From an uncultured Christensenella sp. (GTDB lineage: Bacteria; Bacillota; Clostridia; Christensenellales; UBA1242): DNA of 64,000 bases. Shown one piece after another: positions 50,101 through 56,281 of the stretch (within the stretch, counting starts at the first letter, position 1; the number at the start of each line of letters is the position of its first letter). Location: the NCBI GenBank assembly GCA_910586385.1, contig CAJUGX010000001.1, positions 8,823 to 72,822 of the forward strand, read 5' to 3'. Both the position numbers and the translations under genes were made by a program. Under the pieces are notes generated by a model that was not told where the DNA came from, made no database searches, and saw only the letters and a list, made by a program, of their open reading frames with translations.

Positions 50101-53100
50101 CATCTGTATTTTCTTCTGTCCCAACAGCTTTTGCTCCAGAAACGAATTGTTTGTTTACGACGTCATATCCAAGATACTCTCCACCGACAACTTTTGTGAT
50201 TGGAGATGCACTGTTTGGATCTCCATAAAAAGCATTTGAATAAATTGATACCGACGAAACATTTGAAATTGCTGGAGCAAGTGCAAAATACACTTCTTCC
50301 AAACTCAAGGTCGTTGCAGTTTCAAACAACCCTCTTTGCAGAACGACATCGATTGTATAATCCTCATCTAGGTTTCTGAGATTCATCCCCTTTTGGAAAG
50401 AACTCAATCCAAATGAAGGAGCGCTTCCGCTCACAACACTGTCAGTACCGAATGCCAAGTGTCCAAAGTTGAAATCATGTTCGGTGCCAAAATCGTTCAA
50501 AACAACGTTTTGTGCCAACCCATAGCCTGCCTTGAGCTTGAATGTCAAAGCCAGTCCATTGTTTGCCATGTTTGAATAGGTTGTATCATAGTTGAAAGAA
50601 ACAATAACTTTCCCATTTGTCTCTTGGAAATTGGTAAACTCGCTTGAAAGCTCGACATTCTCTCCAAATGATTGCAAACTTACACTTGCGATTGCATCCA
50701 CCAAATCAAACCTGCCATAGATTGGGTCGTCTGTCTTTGTGAAAGAAATGTTGAGTGTATGAGTTGCAAGTTTGTTTCCGCCCCACTTAACATAGACTTC
50801 ACTTGTGCCATTTGGAAGATATGTGTCATTTGCAAAAGCAGTCTCATCAACTTTCTTTGCAAACAAATCATTGCCAACCTTGAAATAGAAGTCCTCAATC
50901 ACAAAGTCGTCACCTCTGAGAAGATTGACCCCATCTTTTGTAACTTGCTTGTTGAAAATCTGTGGATAATCAAGACTCAAGATTGAGTCATATTCAACTT
51001 CAAAAGCTTCGCTCTCAACATAACTATCTGTGCTTGTCGCACCAAAGTTTTCGGCTTCATACTTGTTGTATACAACTTTTATGGTCTTTGCTTCTTGTCC
51101 TACAAAGCGAGCCTTGAGCCCCAAAATCAAATCTTTGTTGTTTCTCCCAAAGTTGCTTGTATCAAGACGGTATGTTGTCTTCGCCCCACCAATCATGATG
51201 AATTCTGTAAGTTTTGAACCTTTTTTTATCAAGGTAGCAGACACACCAAACTCTTCAGAAAGTTTTGGGAGATTTTTACCCCAACTCTCATCAATACTTT
51301 GCTCAATGATTGCCCCATTGTTGTCAATCATCAAACGATAGGTCCCTTTGAAAACATTTCCGTCTTCGCCATAGAAAGTTCCGCCATTTCCATCAAGTTC
51401 AACATCATAAGCAATATTTGACACCGGTACATTGAGATTGCTTATGTTTTCCCCATCAAAGTTTGCTTTTCCATAAACCACAGTGAGTTTGTTTCCTTCG
51501 GCTTTTCCTACCGCTTGAAGAGATGGAACAATCTTTTCGTCCACTTTTGAATTGTCAACACAGTTTACAAGATATGTCTCTTCCGCCACAGAACCAATAA
51601 ATGATCCCATCGCGCCAGCACTTGAAAGTTCTCCAGTGCCAACATTGATAAATTTCACATCCTTGATTTCAAGATTTTTGATTACTGCTCTCTTTGTTAC
51701 ACCAAAAAGTCCATGGTATGAAAAACTGAATTGCAGCGAACATGTCATGCCATAAATTGCAAATCCATTCCCATCAAACACACCCGAGAAGGCATTTTCA
51801 GTTGAAGCTCCAATTGGTTGCCACGCTTTTCCAGTAAGGTCAATATCGTTTTGAAGTGAATAATATTTCCCAGCCCAACTAGAGTCTCCGTCATTTGTCC
51901 CGCTCTTGTAATTTGCTGACAAATAACCAAGATCTGCCGCCGTCTTAATCAAATAAGGATTTTCACGTGTTCCTTGTCCATCAAGCTTCACAACATTCTT
52001 CTGATCATTGTCTGGATTTCCCAAGTTTTGAGTTTCACGAAGATAAGGGAAACTGTTGTTTACTCCAGCTGAAATTCCCCAAGTGTCTTCAAAATCCCAA
52101 GCATATTCAGAAACAAAGATGTCGCTTGAATAAAGTCCTTTGTTTTGAGCCATTGAAGAAAGTCCGCGGACAGCTCTTGAATCAGCCATAAAACTCTCAA
52201 CGCTGAACCAAGTCCCAGATACGCTCAATGTGCTGTTGTTTACATTGCGATAAAGTGGAGAATTGTTTTTGATTGTATAATATTCAATCTTGCCTGAACC
52301 AACCGTTTTTGATGCAGTGTCCAAATTCAAGCAGTTTACAATTGTCTTTGTGCCAGAACCAGCAAACATTCCAAAAAGTCCCGCGCAATAAACATTGTCT
52401 TCATCACCATTTTTCCAATCCAACTTTCCAGCATTGTAAAGGTTTGTGAAGTTGTTTCCAGAAGATGACCCATTGACAAACCCGATGAGTCCAGCAGTGT
52501 TTGCCCCAGAGTTTGTCACCTGTCCAATGTTGTATGAGTTTTTGAAGTTTCTTGAAGAATCAAGTTGTCCAACAAGTCCGCCAACATAAGTTGCGTTTGT
52601 CCCAGACTTGATTGCACCAGTGAAGGCAACTTTTTCGATTGTACCATTTCCAACCGCATATTTCCCAAATACACCACCAACTGCAGAATTGCCAGTTGTG
52701 CTGTTGTTTGCAACAATCTCAACTTCAGACATGATGTTTGAAACGTTTCTAAGTGAAGATGTGGCACTTTGCCCAATCACACCACCGACGTAGGTTGCGC
52801 CACTTGCGACAATCTTTCCAGAAACAGAAAGGTTTCGACTTGCATTTCCAGTCAAGTTTCCTGCAATTGAACCGACGCTGCCAACACCGCTGACATTGAT
52901 GTCAACACCTTTCAAGTTGAGGTTTGAAATTGAGCCAATAGATGTGCCGAAGAGTCCTGCGTAGCCATTTGCACTTGAAATCTTCAAGTTGTATATGTAG
53001 TGTCCTTGTCCATCAAAAGTCCCTTTGAATGAATGCCCATCATCATAACCGATTGGCGTCCATGCCTTTGAGTCAAGGTCAATATCACAATCAAGATACA

Positions 53101-53380
53101 CCGTTTCGTTGATGAAAGGATACAAACCAGAAGTAACTCTCTTTGCAAAAAATCCAAATCCCTTTGCTGTCAAGATGTGGTGTGTTGTTGGATTCACGCC
53201 ACTGCCCGCAACAGTGTAAAAATCAATCTCATCAATCTCGTCTGCATAATCCCCGTCCCACACACTTGCAGTTGTGCTTTCAGCATAGACAGGTTCTGAC
53301 TTAACATGAAAAAATCCGAGAGTGGACATCACTCCCAAAACAATCATCGATATAAACAGGAAAATGGACTTTTTTTTCAT
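35129..53380 (-). CDS. Giant cell-surface protein (6083 aa): signal peptide, GLUG-type modules, Listeria-Bacteroides-type repeats, YDG/MBG-type repeats, C-terminal TM anchor
   Basis: One uninterrupted 18,252-nt ORF with a GGGGAG SD. The signal peptide is MKKKSIFLFISMIVLGVMSTLGFFHVKSEPVYA. GLUG-like motifs are present (GYAGLFG, VGGVIG, VGGLVG, AGLIG). Listeria-Bacteroides (Flg_new-like) repeats include RVGYALSGWTY...VYALW and RTGYKFDGWFD...LTARW. YDG/YG repeats include KTYDGKTVDY, KTYDGEKSVV, TFTYGN and FVYGEE. The end is IYLIVGIVALLVIVIVILIIL + AKRRKKRREKLATK. Confidence 0.9.
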   Translation of the reverse strand: MKKKSIFLFISMIVLGVMSTLGFFHVKSEPVYAESTTASVWDGDYADEIDEIDFYTVAGSGVNPTTHHILTAKGFGFFAKRVTSGLYPFINETVYLDCDIDLDSKAWTPIGYDDGHSFKGTFDGQGHYIYNLKISSANGYAGLFGTSIGSISNLNLKGVDINVSGVGSVGSIAGNLTGNASRNLSVSGKIVASGATYVGGVIGQSATSSLRNVSNIMSEVEIVANNSTTGNSAVGGVFGKYAVGNGTIEKVAFTGAIKSGTNATYVGGLVGQLDSSRNFKNSYNIGQVTNSGANTAGLIGFVNGSSSGNNFTNLYNAGKLDWKNGDEDNVYCAGLFGMFAGSGTKTIVNCLNLDTASKTVGSGKIEYYTIKNNSPLYRNVNNSTLSVSGTWFSVESFMADSRAVRGLSSMAQNKGLYSSDIFVSEYAWDFEDTWGISAGVNNSFPYLRETQNLGNPDNDQKNVVKLDGQGTRENPYLIKTAADLGYLSANYKSGTNDGDSSWAGKYYSLQNDIDLTGKAWQPIGASTENAFSGVFDGNGFAIYGMTCSLQFSFSYHGLFGVTKRAVIKNLEIKDVKFINVGTGELSSAGAMGSFIGSVAEETYLVNCVDNSKVDEKIVPSLQAVGKAEGNKLTVVYGKANFDGENISNLNVPVSNIAYDVELDGNGGTFYGEDGNVFKGTYRLMIDNNGAIIEQSIDESWGKNLPKLSEEFGVSATLIKKGSKLTEFIMIGGAKTTYRLDTSNFGRNNKDLILGLKARFVGQEAKTIKVVYNKYEAENFGATSTDSYVESEAFEVEYDSILSLDYPQIFNKQVTKDGVNLLRGDDFVIEDFYFKVGNDLFAKKVDETAFANDTYLPNGTSEVYVKWGGNKLATHTLNISFTKTDDPIYGRFDLVDAIASVSLQSFGENVELSSEFTNFQETNGKVIVSFNYDTTYSNMANNGLALTFKLKAGYGLAQNVVLNDFGTEHDFNFGHLAFGTDSVVSGSAPSFGLSSFQKGMNLRNLDEDYTIDVVLQRGLFETATTLSLEEVYFALAPAISNVSSVSIYSNAFYGDPNSASPITKVVGGEYLGYDVVNKQFVSGAKAVGTEENTDGYAFEIDMSSYVDILLGYTFDAGAQTRYFRIVKEASLDENATEDASSYAFYEVVFEDGQWKKIDLIVRANLPDDETISSISYLTGAEFSILGSVKDNDSDTVISETNCDNFGNGSENDRRENANTEILVASEGGFKKLRHDIKIETIADSLLSQIGIIKQENGYGSNNTTITLVSKYTKVSLEWKFVEYVGGEEVEISGNHAPIVSLPNGTNYEILESGTQTIAVNFTASDYYRLLESRVDSRISIVLSNGNLTGNENVLISAIAVATEAGETDNGEGWKNTFAAFNANYFGTGVVSKNGEPTYYRNATKTERDTYEFSLTFGQGKNPIRAGRYVIKFVCSPVNYSLNFDTQFVKFDENGNYGKDSFTSETGDNAPSVSAMVKDSDIESGFDKVVYNNVVTMNTALGNNKAYTFYDWYVESEIWSGFLTDLNRNLGRKTNIEFDFSNLYYGLPVGATEKTGLRDYSLTLSAVYIRKEIHILPLGEDARVSVAGQDVYVTARSLGIDITFGGFDYSYAYATAVSSEMNWNISFAKGGTNGDSYYFSGFVILNASNAIAKTISASSDPDAFNNGVFNNNYSIKEFVLDKLENDETLLNSTNYSLVPMLTRKTANLFVSSGTGEGFEGKYTDGKNGDVFYMDGENKVSTSNTKVEIGNVRVGDTINLNQEMNVKVDGVEKTIVIDSLYAERTGYSTPSNAYWNWSNGASYGTLNGSQLYIASSYFEGTSDDETSISLVLYRAWSPNAYTISFVRNQGLFEGNNSSNETVAVSVLYDQKVANALTFDDISRVGYALSGWTYTIDNADEVVFDADGQPQEFDGIFDAEGNYILTSNLSVYALWSPKTYIVELVTNGANTIAGEEAESKVEFDITYGTTFEAAFEALGLSGGENAPTREGFIYNGVYSSGAYRQTITATTFFSETLPSCVLREDGSASLTLFIDWQFDSSYVGLTFDSNAIAKAYTSSDVVFYIAEYFRNGYTPNGYNIEIVDDQTISITLKDNVHAKVIFEIVSESVEIEGNGSFSVRNVGQYNFSLVLSIEDLIIEGNSLYSQTINLYAQIDAADLNALIEDDNEDVWLVNVKRLMSKFVSKTTQTRLNNCNTFTGFVNNVLKNLDTTIPAGITNKQAYEFVAYKYYYMITSTDFVKYKTLTYADFEDLKIENPTDVANILERIYFFDFYDHAETSARTISMYNNTIALTSSSVENPKTEISIDRVEIVSGSLNVDTLYYFRAVIENAGAASNLSNYSLNFDENGEAYIYLGRIYIMPELFVLEDKTESRGAYYNGNLINVSVPWEGDRKTLNIEGFEGYYQIDENLFARADLYTSNLGNDKVDTDFDFVSDDNYLYFANVSIFERSTTEEGETAFTDVTNKFMLVLDEGFVFTILNIDGVASVEVSTKYLSSIDGFMDFTDLPSDMPTDLLKITQVTYDIGGGAKRISNTTDGLEERSYEDGGNVICQIERNNNNTVSIILSKFVLNVSVVVAEKSLSDYLALYKWAEAPTYSIDGTMENNTSYTIDKSLISSNEGELMAYKLYAVYTDMVFVSYNLNFPSNYSTSSPTSSWLKLGQSTVEELLMPSENGFKLASLVSTKTKGSYETLFDSTDGKFKGLSSTDRHAKVELEAKWEIEEIDYEQILTEYKTSVYGFDYLAVASVVNIHNKNEGLFNYTYEWYKDDKLVSKIERLTLAGNGTVEESGLYKLVVTANVKKEFLTSTLVSDEGGTQSFEVLFDMEFIKNQLRSITFVGDTEIDYDAADHKNGWYVTIEYAVYDSQADEYSSDSNFVIEYLAGAKNLDFVIRRNGVETTSMKNAGTYIITAKGKDSVYSNSSTFAAVEFEVVINPYVVQLSEYEISFNKAFNGQDGTLVKELYLANENVSFTFARAKGENVGNYDLTLSGLSEDKKDNYLVKMNGVTVFSDGKLTTAGATTSVGTFEITTSGTLTLFYEVTDSNPETIEVGYSADGYRAELDGFSLKLFNGESLIKSMKLYLYDEVAGEEVYRSEIMHIVTEKFANVKINFFDTELHATVVSSGTYTYSFTGLSAISNCFSSVVFRQGYQFVVGKILIDTTALVINKTYDGKTVDYFTPNGDKIEDIDSFDGVYIYAEYENAHVGQTRVDFSLRDTNDSEEVSNYQLSEGSAQATISKLSARLVAKMDKDSYEYGEISISNLDSHVDKNYVIVDVDGNDVSDLLASGYYSITYAMPSSAKANANGYVYKGRYKLQAVASFDDFNMTLDLPFVEISAKQIEKGIAVGQFSILSSESVPTSVSEIYTINETGDDITILYTVVGLAAGSTASVGFYAVELALESYLEGSVVFSIDAGNQGFEVKTEDNLVYISLDKAALSGYVYNGLAHNISVDLASSRLVIENNGANHYVAISFALANDGTVLDKSVLSDLEIFSGTSTKAFVDAGTYRLSFKATAGTHSNFAFKEEYNFVIAKREIDASTLDKDLTRTYSGVSSFTIDDFDGKIGEDGVSLVARFESANAGENIPVTIFLQGAKSTNYELKNAENLVGTIEKAEAYITLTKTSFTYGNLTSRDGVPYSVISGGFAISSTQYKLSLDIVGATYSSVGYLECDNYLVSLAEGYTSANYNLHFADNQRITVDPLEISVALATSGQFTFIYGASETTSDMFVGNFQTPLNETISLRFTREEGQEVGYYKVLSATSTSKNYVVSSTIDRSEGAFRISKAQDVIYILMSNADKVAGADREIASITYDGNLYDKVSVAQKAGSKNYQLVFESTAVSSAKQYYDLNYYTYDADADEYTRETGVTIDGLKASIEFANGVGGKNAGEYLLNVQNASADNFSVVLGKYGLQSFYLNIGKRDVYFLNSTVVKVFDNQDAEIVYNDVTEMLGGVLEADLDELALSIRLTENGKLVKYVGYSYVVSATLNGGETNYNLHMSTASGEPLIGQIHPAELTISVDNQTFVYGEEIRLDFDYSAEIDLNRYEKGIDVNLMPFAQDEDYSTSGSLRVGDYEITCVNGTPDFRPVYVVNGNPATTLENATVTIVPRTLTLEGVSEDLETIFTKTYDGEKSVVLVDEEGHDRIRLVGVVDKDKDVSDGSGGTTTIHAYDDVVLADATYQTEFIGQSITITFTLGGTERDYSNYTLAPYEYGVIEAVVVGLNFNYNANGSNVKSNVETSGLPQISSLAFPFMSDATLSANSANANSTSTRCFPTNLTGRTGYAFKKWTMSFKNIAEGSSQYNYLNSVLRASSLEYVYADDEFKIDVSNNAETVAFLKTLLNNESNVLGTYYKNTDQIVFTFDANWDINSYQVSIKVADEKGADATFGKVILDAGDGNQVEITSSYSARFDYGTKLTLLAVAEEHCSYYGFYNATGSILYDNGTVSGVVVSKSAEGVVLTVNSLGATYGFVARFEADKVEVDVDLSGATDASISSKNFVEGEDHVYSWRATYLQLESFTLADIGLNRDGFTLTSISAGDQVVTDLENTKLSDLVSEGDTKLLLTPNFVAVGVVVTLDFADGVTTNKNITVPFKSTYSDSEDWIETPERTGYKFDGWFDASDKQITGTSVLSTVEKHTLTARWTILNFDLAITAEHVSISSSTARFVQNGNVYTLSKVDFNTEVTFTVTADTGYELSSEIAATWCNFFETTIANGVVTVTLHMPAQNIDCVVAASPILNTITIEGDNIDGILAYETTDTETSIPVDAREVKIETGKTLKLVVTAEYGYQMIEDFVCLDADAQIDVSIESDILTLTITNILRDLTIKLSTLETINDVTIKFADSQMIEDLMVGGYKYSDFDNLKPFRVVTGENLEMYLKFKHGYEYDTCETIGDYNLSCTLATDGFYADEGYYKIVVTNIENDGQITFVGKLSRFTLKTQVLSYNENKQLVSEPANKVTITENSLSSIEAEFGTRITLTYQMHSTYNFAGWSKDGVNIFSTDETLVYTIEDDETIYAIFSSMKFTMRFATFNNYHIYSEYGNPAMEREIYQEVVDHGEKYIDADTGEDINSLVLYYGASKTISYVVPTGYRFYGFGYHNGERFVMLDVAETDAREASFTISSVELDDDIPTFVLYVIVKAYSFNININTEIDIDGIREPNVDAGGAELQGEHGEKVNAYGYIDGTRTRYSADNFVDGQLVDDRAFRVIGYTGETVYIKVSTRKVGYRFLDVVSESRDVTISQLEKTDTYAIYSIAGAIGGTEVDIDVLFRPTLNDIKIGFKLDEEDVDGGAITYAVDAQNKHKVFASGRDYSSITVAAYTDSTFEVIAYVRSGFFIDPNDIRIACENDIIVRDSVEYSLLSVNTDGYTGKLRFVVRDYLFENKIFINLSTSKYTVKLVEEGSTLAIIKNVEFGSRLNLYQANEENIQIADSSVVDFVNGKLEFLKTVQNYRFEGFFTSENGAGTMYIDASGNVIQDWYESGYKLNNLTSKYELTDNAKLNPNTGEMEITLYVYWSFYKTRIRFNFVPDISTNITAQDMIFGVDYTNSWFYPTSKHYIEVAFNTSITIKAPTINGYKFYKFVIKQRDINGNLFEDELFSNEIPWSTNELDGIVECEIQVVYFAKIDAVVYGGVGDFHVEQSSSDAQASALVADKYVDTTKAFKLVADFDENDYDFVRWNNITSGQSWWAKEWDGLHVSEKTTLVLNLQGRTFNMTFVDTNGDLYDYTFGQVLNVITTSTDNNIRAYRLGYYSAGKFISSIDTVSVKVGDKVTFAVSVDYGFAVVWDRDDITFSNYTDGISYFDMEVKTCPQDGLLRILPKFRNEIISIYINRDFVKTDKVPNTIDMNFVDLAGYATFGGKTTDFVTVAADIDNITIGLVTNARYMIRSLVVKNYDKVFDVVELFTDDKGNIVFTRDFLDDNDIVGSIQIDIKYERLLWENFEVIRTGFNGSGTDDDPYEIASVEDLVLMMKLCNSGAVSTGGRQYRSASYILLADIDLSEMFWTPIGTIEYSFNGYFNFNGHKVSGIFNAYIFATLSYGGLFGVLSPNAVFVTSKTETWYIYLIVGIVALLVIVIVILIILAKRRKKRREKLATK

Positions 53381-53424
53381 TTAGGTTCTCCCCGTCTGAT
53401 TGTGGTCTAGACTTATTCAACTTT

Positions 53425-53454
53425 ATTGTACAATAAACTGTCACAGTTATGCAA
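53425..53454 (-). promoter_or_regulatory. Candidate promoter of the giant gene
   Basis: The minus strand reads TTGCAT, an 18-nt spacer ending in TG, then TACAAT. It lies about 45 nt upstream of the ATG. Confidence 0.5.
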
Positions 53455-53466
53455 ATGAATACAAAA

Positions 53467-53490
53467 AATATATATATTAATATATATATT
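53467..53490. repeat. Tandem duplicated palindromic 12-mer (AATATATATATT)x2
   Basis: Read directly from 53467-53478 and 53479-53490. Each unit is self-complementary. The repeat lies 13-36 nt upstream of the putative -35 of the giant gene. Confidence 0.9.
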
Positions 53491-53593
53491 ATTTCTCATT
53501 TTAGCCTTGTTCTTATAAAAATTTCGCTCAAAAAATGAAGCAATTTTTACTATAATTTTACCCAAAAGTCATCAAAAAAAACAGCAGAAAAAC

Positions 53594-53621
53594 AAAAAAA
53601 GTGCACTCGCATGCACTTTTT
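53594..53621 (-). terminator. Terminator after trpS
   Basis: The minus strand reads TAA-AAAGTGCA-TGCGAG-TGCACTTT followed by TTTTG. Confidence 0.65.
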
Positions 53622-54612
53622 ACTTAACTCCAATTGTCTTTCGCACTTTTGCAATGGTCTTTTTGGCAAGCATTCTTGCCTTTTCTGCGCCCTCAGCCAA
53701 GATTTTGTCAACCTCGCCTTTGTGGGCTTGATAATAGTCAAACTTTTCTCTCATTGGTTTGATATACTCATTCACCACAGCAAAAAGTTCTTGCTTCGCC
53801 TCTCCCCAAGACAACCCTGCCTTCAATCTCTCTTCAAAATCTTTTGCCTGTTTTTCTTCTGCAAACAATTTATAGAGCTTGTTGATTGTGCAGTCTACAT
53901 CTTTTGGCTCTCCAGGGAGTTTGCAGTCTGTCACAATTTTGTTGATACTTTTTTTCAAAACATTTTCGGTTGTGAAGAGTTGAATTTGATTTCCATAACT
54001 CTTGCTCATCTTTCTGCCATCAAGACCAACAAGCGTTGCAACATTTTCTTGGATATAATCTTCAGGCAAAACAAACACATTTCCATACTTGTTGTTGAAA
54101 CTGCTTGCGATGTCTCTTGCAATTTCGATATGTTGTTTTTGGTCAAGTCCAACTGGCACAAGATTTGTGCCAAAAAGCAAAATATCCGCCGCCATCAAGA
54201 TTGGATAATTGTAAAGTCCCATGTTGACACCAAAGTCTTTTTCCTGTCCCTCAGCTTCGTTTTTCTCAACAGCCGCTTTGTAAGCATGCGCTCTGTTCAT
54301 AAGTCCCTTTGGAGTGACATTGCTCAAAATCCAGTTGAGTTCAAAAACCTCTGGCACATCAGACTGTCTATAGAAAACGACTTTGTTTGGGTCAAGCCCA
54401 CAAGCAAGCCATGTGCAGGCAATGTTGTAAGAATATTCTTCCATCTCTTCCTTTGTTTTCAAAGTTGTGAGCGCATGATAATCTGCGATGAAATAAAAAC
54501 AATCAAATTCGTCTGACTTACTCAAATCAATTGCAAACTTGATTGCCCCAAAATAATTGCCCAAATGCGCATATCCTGTAGGTTTTATCCCTGTCAATAT
54601 TTTCTTTTTCAT
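53620..54612 (-). CDS. trpS: Tryptophan--tRNA ligase
   Basis: 330 aa with GIKPTGYAHLGNYFGAI and KMSKS (DGRKMSKSYGN). Confidence 0.96.
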   Translation of the reverse strand: MKKKILTGIKPTGYAHLGNYFGAIKFAIDLSKSDEFDCFYFIADYHALTTLKTKEEMEEYSYNIACTWLACGLDPNKVVFYRQSDVPEVFELNWILSNVTPKGLMNRAHAYKAAVEKNEAEGQEKDFGVNMGLYNYPILMAADILLFGTNLVPVGLDQKQHIEIARDIASSFNNKYGNVFVLPEDYIQENVATLVGLDGRKMSKSYGNQIQLFTTENVLKKSINKIVTDCKLPGEPKDVDCTINKLYKLFAEEKQAKDFEERLKAGLSWGEAKQELFAVVNEYIKPMREKFDYYQAHKGEVDKILAEGAEKARMLAKKTIAKVRKTIGVK

Positions 54613-54635
54613 AATTTCTCCAAAAATTTCAGTCT

Positions 54636-56267
54636 TTATGCAAATTGAGAAATTCTTGCAAGCACCTCTTTTTCTCCAAGCAATGTCATGATTTCATACA
54701 AGTCTGGAGAATTTTTTCTTCCAGTGATTGCAACTCTGATATATTCACAAACAGTCGCAACATTCCCCTTGAAGTTTTCTGGGTTTGCTTTGAAAAGTTT
54801 GTTGTCAGTTGCATAGCCAAGGTCTGCAGCCATCTTCTTCACATTCTCAAACCAAGCTTCTTTTGAAGAAAGGTCAAGATATCTTGGATAAGCTTTCAAC
54901 ACTTCGCAGAAATTCTCTTTTTTTTCTTCATCAATTTCGTATGAAGCTGGTTTTCCAAACATATAGTCAAACAATTCGAAAAACATACTCCACTTGTAGA
55001 TGTCTTTTCTTGGTTTTGGCTTCTCTCTGTCAATGTTCAAAACATTTGTCACATACTGTTTGTTTTTCACAAGGTAATCAACATTTTCTTCTGAATGTTC
55101 TTTCGCCCAAGCAAGAAGAAGTTCATAACACTTCTGTGCAGGATATTTTGAAATAACCTCTTTTGAAATGTCATTAAACTTGTCCATGTCCAAAACTGGC
55201 GAACTTGCTGTGATGTTGAGTGGTTCGAAATGATAATCAGTGTAAGGAAGAGCAGGATTGTTTTTTCTCCACATCTCAAAACCGGAGTTGATCAAATTCA
55301 TGATATACTCGCAGATTGTCTCCACTGGATAGCCTGCTTTTGCATAGAAACGCATATCAAACTCTTTGTCTTTTCTCTTTGAAACCTTACGCTTCTTTTC
55401 CCCCTCTTTGATGCAGATGAGAGGATTGTGAAGATAGAGCATAGGTTTGAAACCAAGCGCATTGAAGATTTCGATATGCACTGGTGTCGATGGAAGCCAT
55501 TCTTCTCCACGCACAACAAGGGTTGTCCCCATCAATGTGTCATCGATGGCGTGTGCAAAGTGGTATGGTGGAAGTCCATCACTCTTCAAAATGACAACAT
55601 CTTTTGAGTTTTCTTCCATGCTGATTTTTCCCTTGAGCACATCAAAAAACTCAACTTTGTTTTTGGAATTTCCGTTTGATTTGAGACGAATTGCAAATTT
55701 TTTGCCTTCCTTGAGGTATTTTTCAACCTGCTCAAAAGTCAAATCTCTGCAAGGGTCTTTCTCATCGTTTGAAAGCCCAACAGAAAATTTCTTTTCTCTT
55801 TGCTCTTTGATTTCTCCAATTCCACTTGCTTTGTCACAGAAACAAGGGAAAGCCTTTCCCTCGCTTACAAGTTTTTTTGCATACGCTTTGTATATTTCAA
55901 CTCTTTCACTTTGATAGTATGGACCATACTTTCCCACAATGTCTCCGCCCTTGAATTCGTACTCAGCAGGCATAATCCCATAGTTTGAAAGGATGCTCAT
56001 AATCACAGTACTTGCCCCTTCGATTTCTCTTTTCTTGTCTGTGTCTTCGTTCCTCAAATAGAAAATCCCATTTGACATTCTTGCCACAGTTGAAGAGATG
56101 AACGCTTGGAAAAAGTTCCCAAGGTGCATAAATCCAGTTGGGCTTGGTGCATAACGAGTCACCTGTGCACCTTCAGGCAAATTTCTTTTTGGATATTTCT
56201 TCTCAATTTCTGCGACAGTCAACTTGTTGTTTGGAAACAACAATTCTGCCAATTTTTGATAATCCAT
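54636..56267 (-). CDS. gltX: Glutamate--tRNA ligase (long, 543-aa Glx-tRNA synthetase family)
   Basis: It has RYAPSPTGFMHLGN (HIGH) and KVSKRK (KMSKS-like), in a class I GlxRS layout. I cannot establish by eye whether it discriminates Glu from Gln. Confidence 0.8.
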   Translation of the reverse strand: MDYQKLAELLFPNNKLTVAEIEKKYPKRNLPEGAQVTRYAPSPTGFMHLGNFFQAFISSTVARMSNGIFYLRNEDTDKKREIEGASTVIMSILSNYGIMPAEYEFKGGDIVGKYGPYYQSERVEIYKAYAKKLVSEGKAFPCFCDKASGIGEIKEQREKKFSVGLSNDEKDPCRDLTFEQVEKYLKEGKKFAIRLKSNGNSKNKVEFFDVLKGKISMEENSKDVVILKSDGLPPYHFAHAIDDTLMGTTLVVRGEEWLPSTPVHIEIFNALGFKPMLYLHNPLICIKEGEKKRKVSKRKDKEFDMRFYAKAGYPVETICEYIMNLINSGFEMWRKNNPALPYTDYHFEPLNITASSPVLDMDKFNDISKEVISKYPAQKCYELLLAWAKEHSEENVDYLVKNKQYVTNVLNIDREKPKPRKDIYKWSMFFELFDYMFGKPASYEIDEEKKENFCEVLKAYPRYLDLSSKEAWFENVKKMAADLGYATDNKLFKANPENFKGNVATVCEYIRVAITGRKNSPDLYEIMTLLGEKEVLARISQFA

Positions 56268-56281
56268 TTGTTTCTCCCGTC

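Noticed and set aside
35129-53380. Dozens of 60-140-aa ORFs in the track on both strands inside the giant gene, with similar ones inside argS, the ATPase gene, pgk and others.
   Set aside because: They are embedded in, or antisense to, long ORFs that have clear protein-like sequence. They lack SDs and have biased Leu/Ser/Phe/Cys composition typical of shadow frames in AT-rich DNA.
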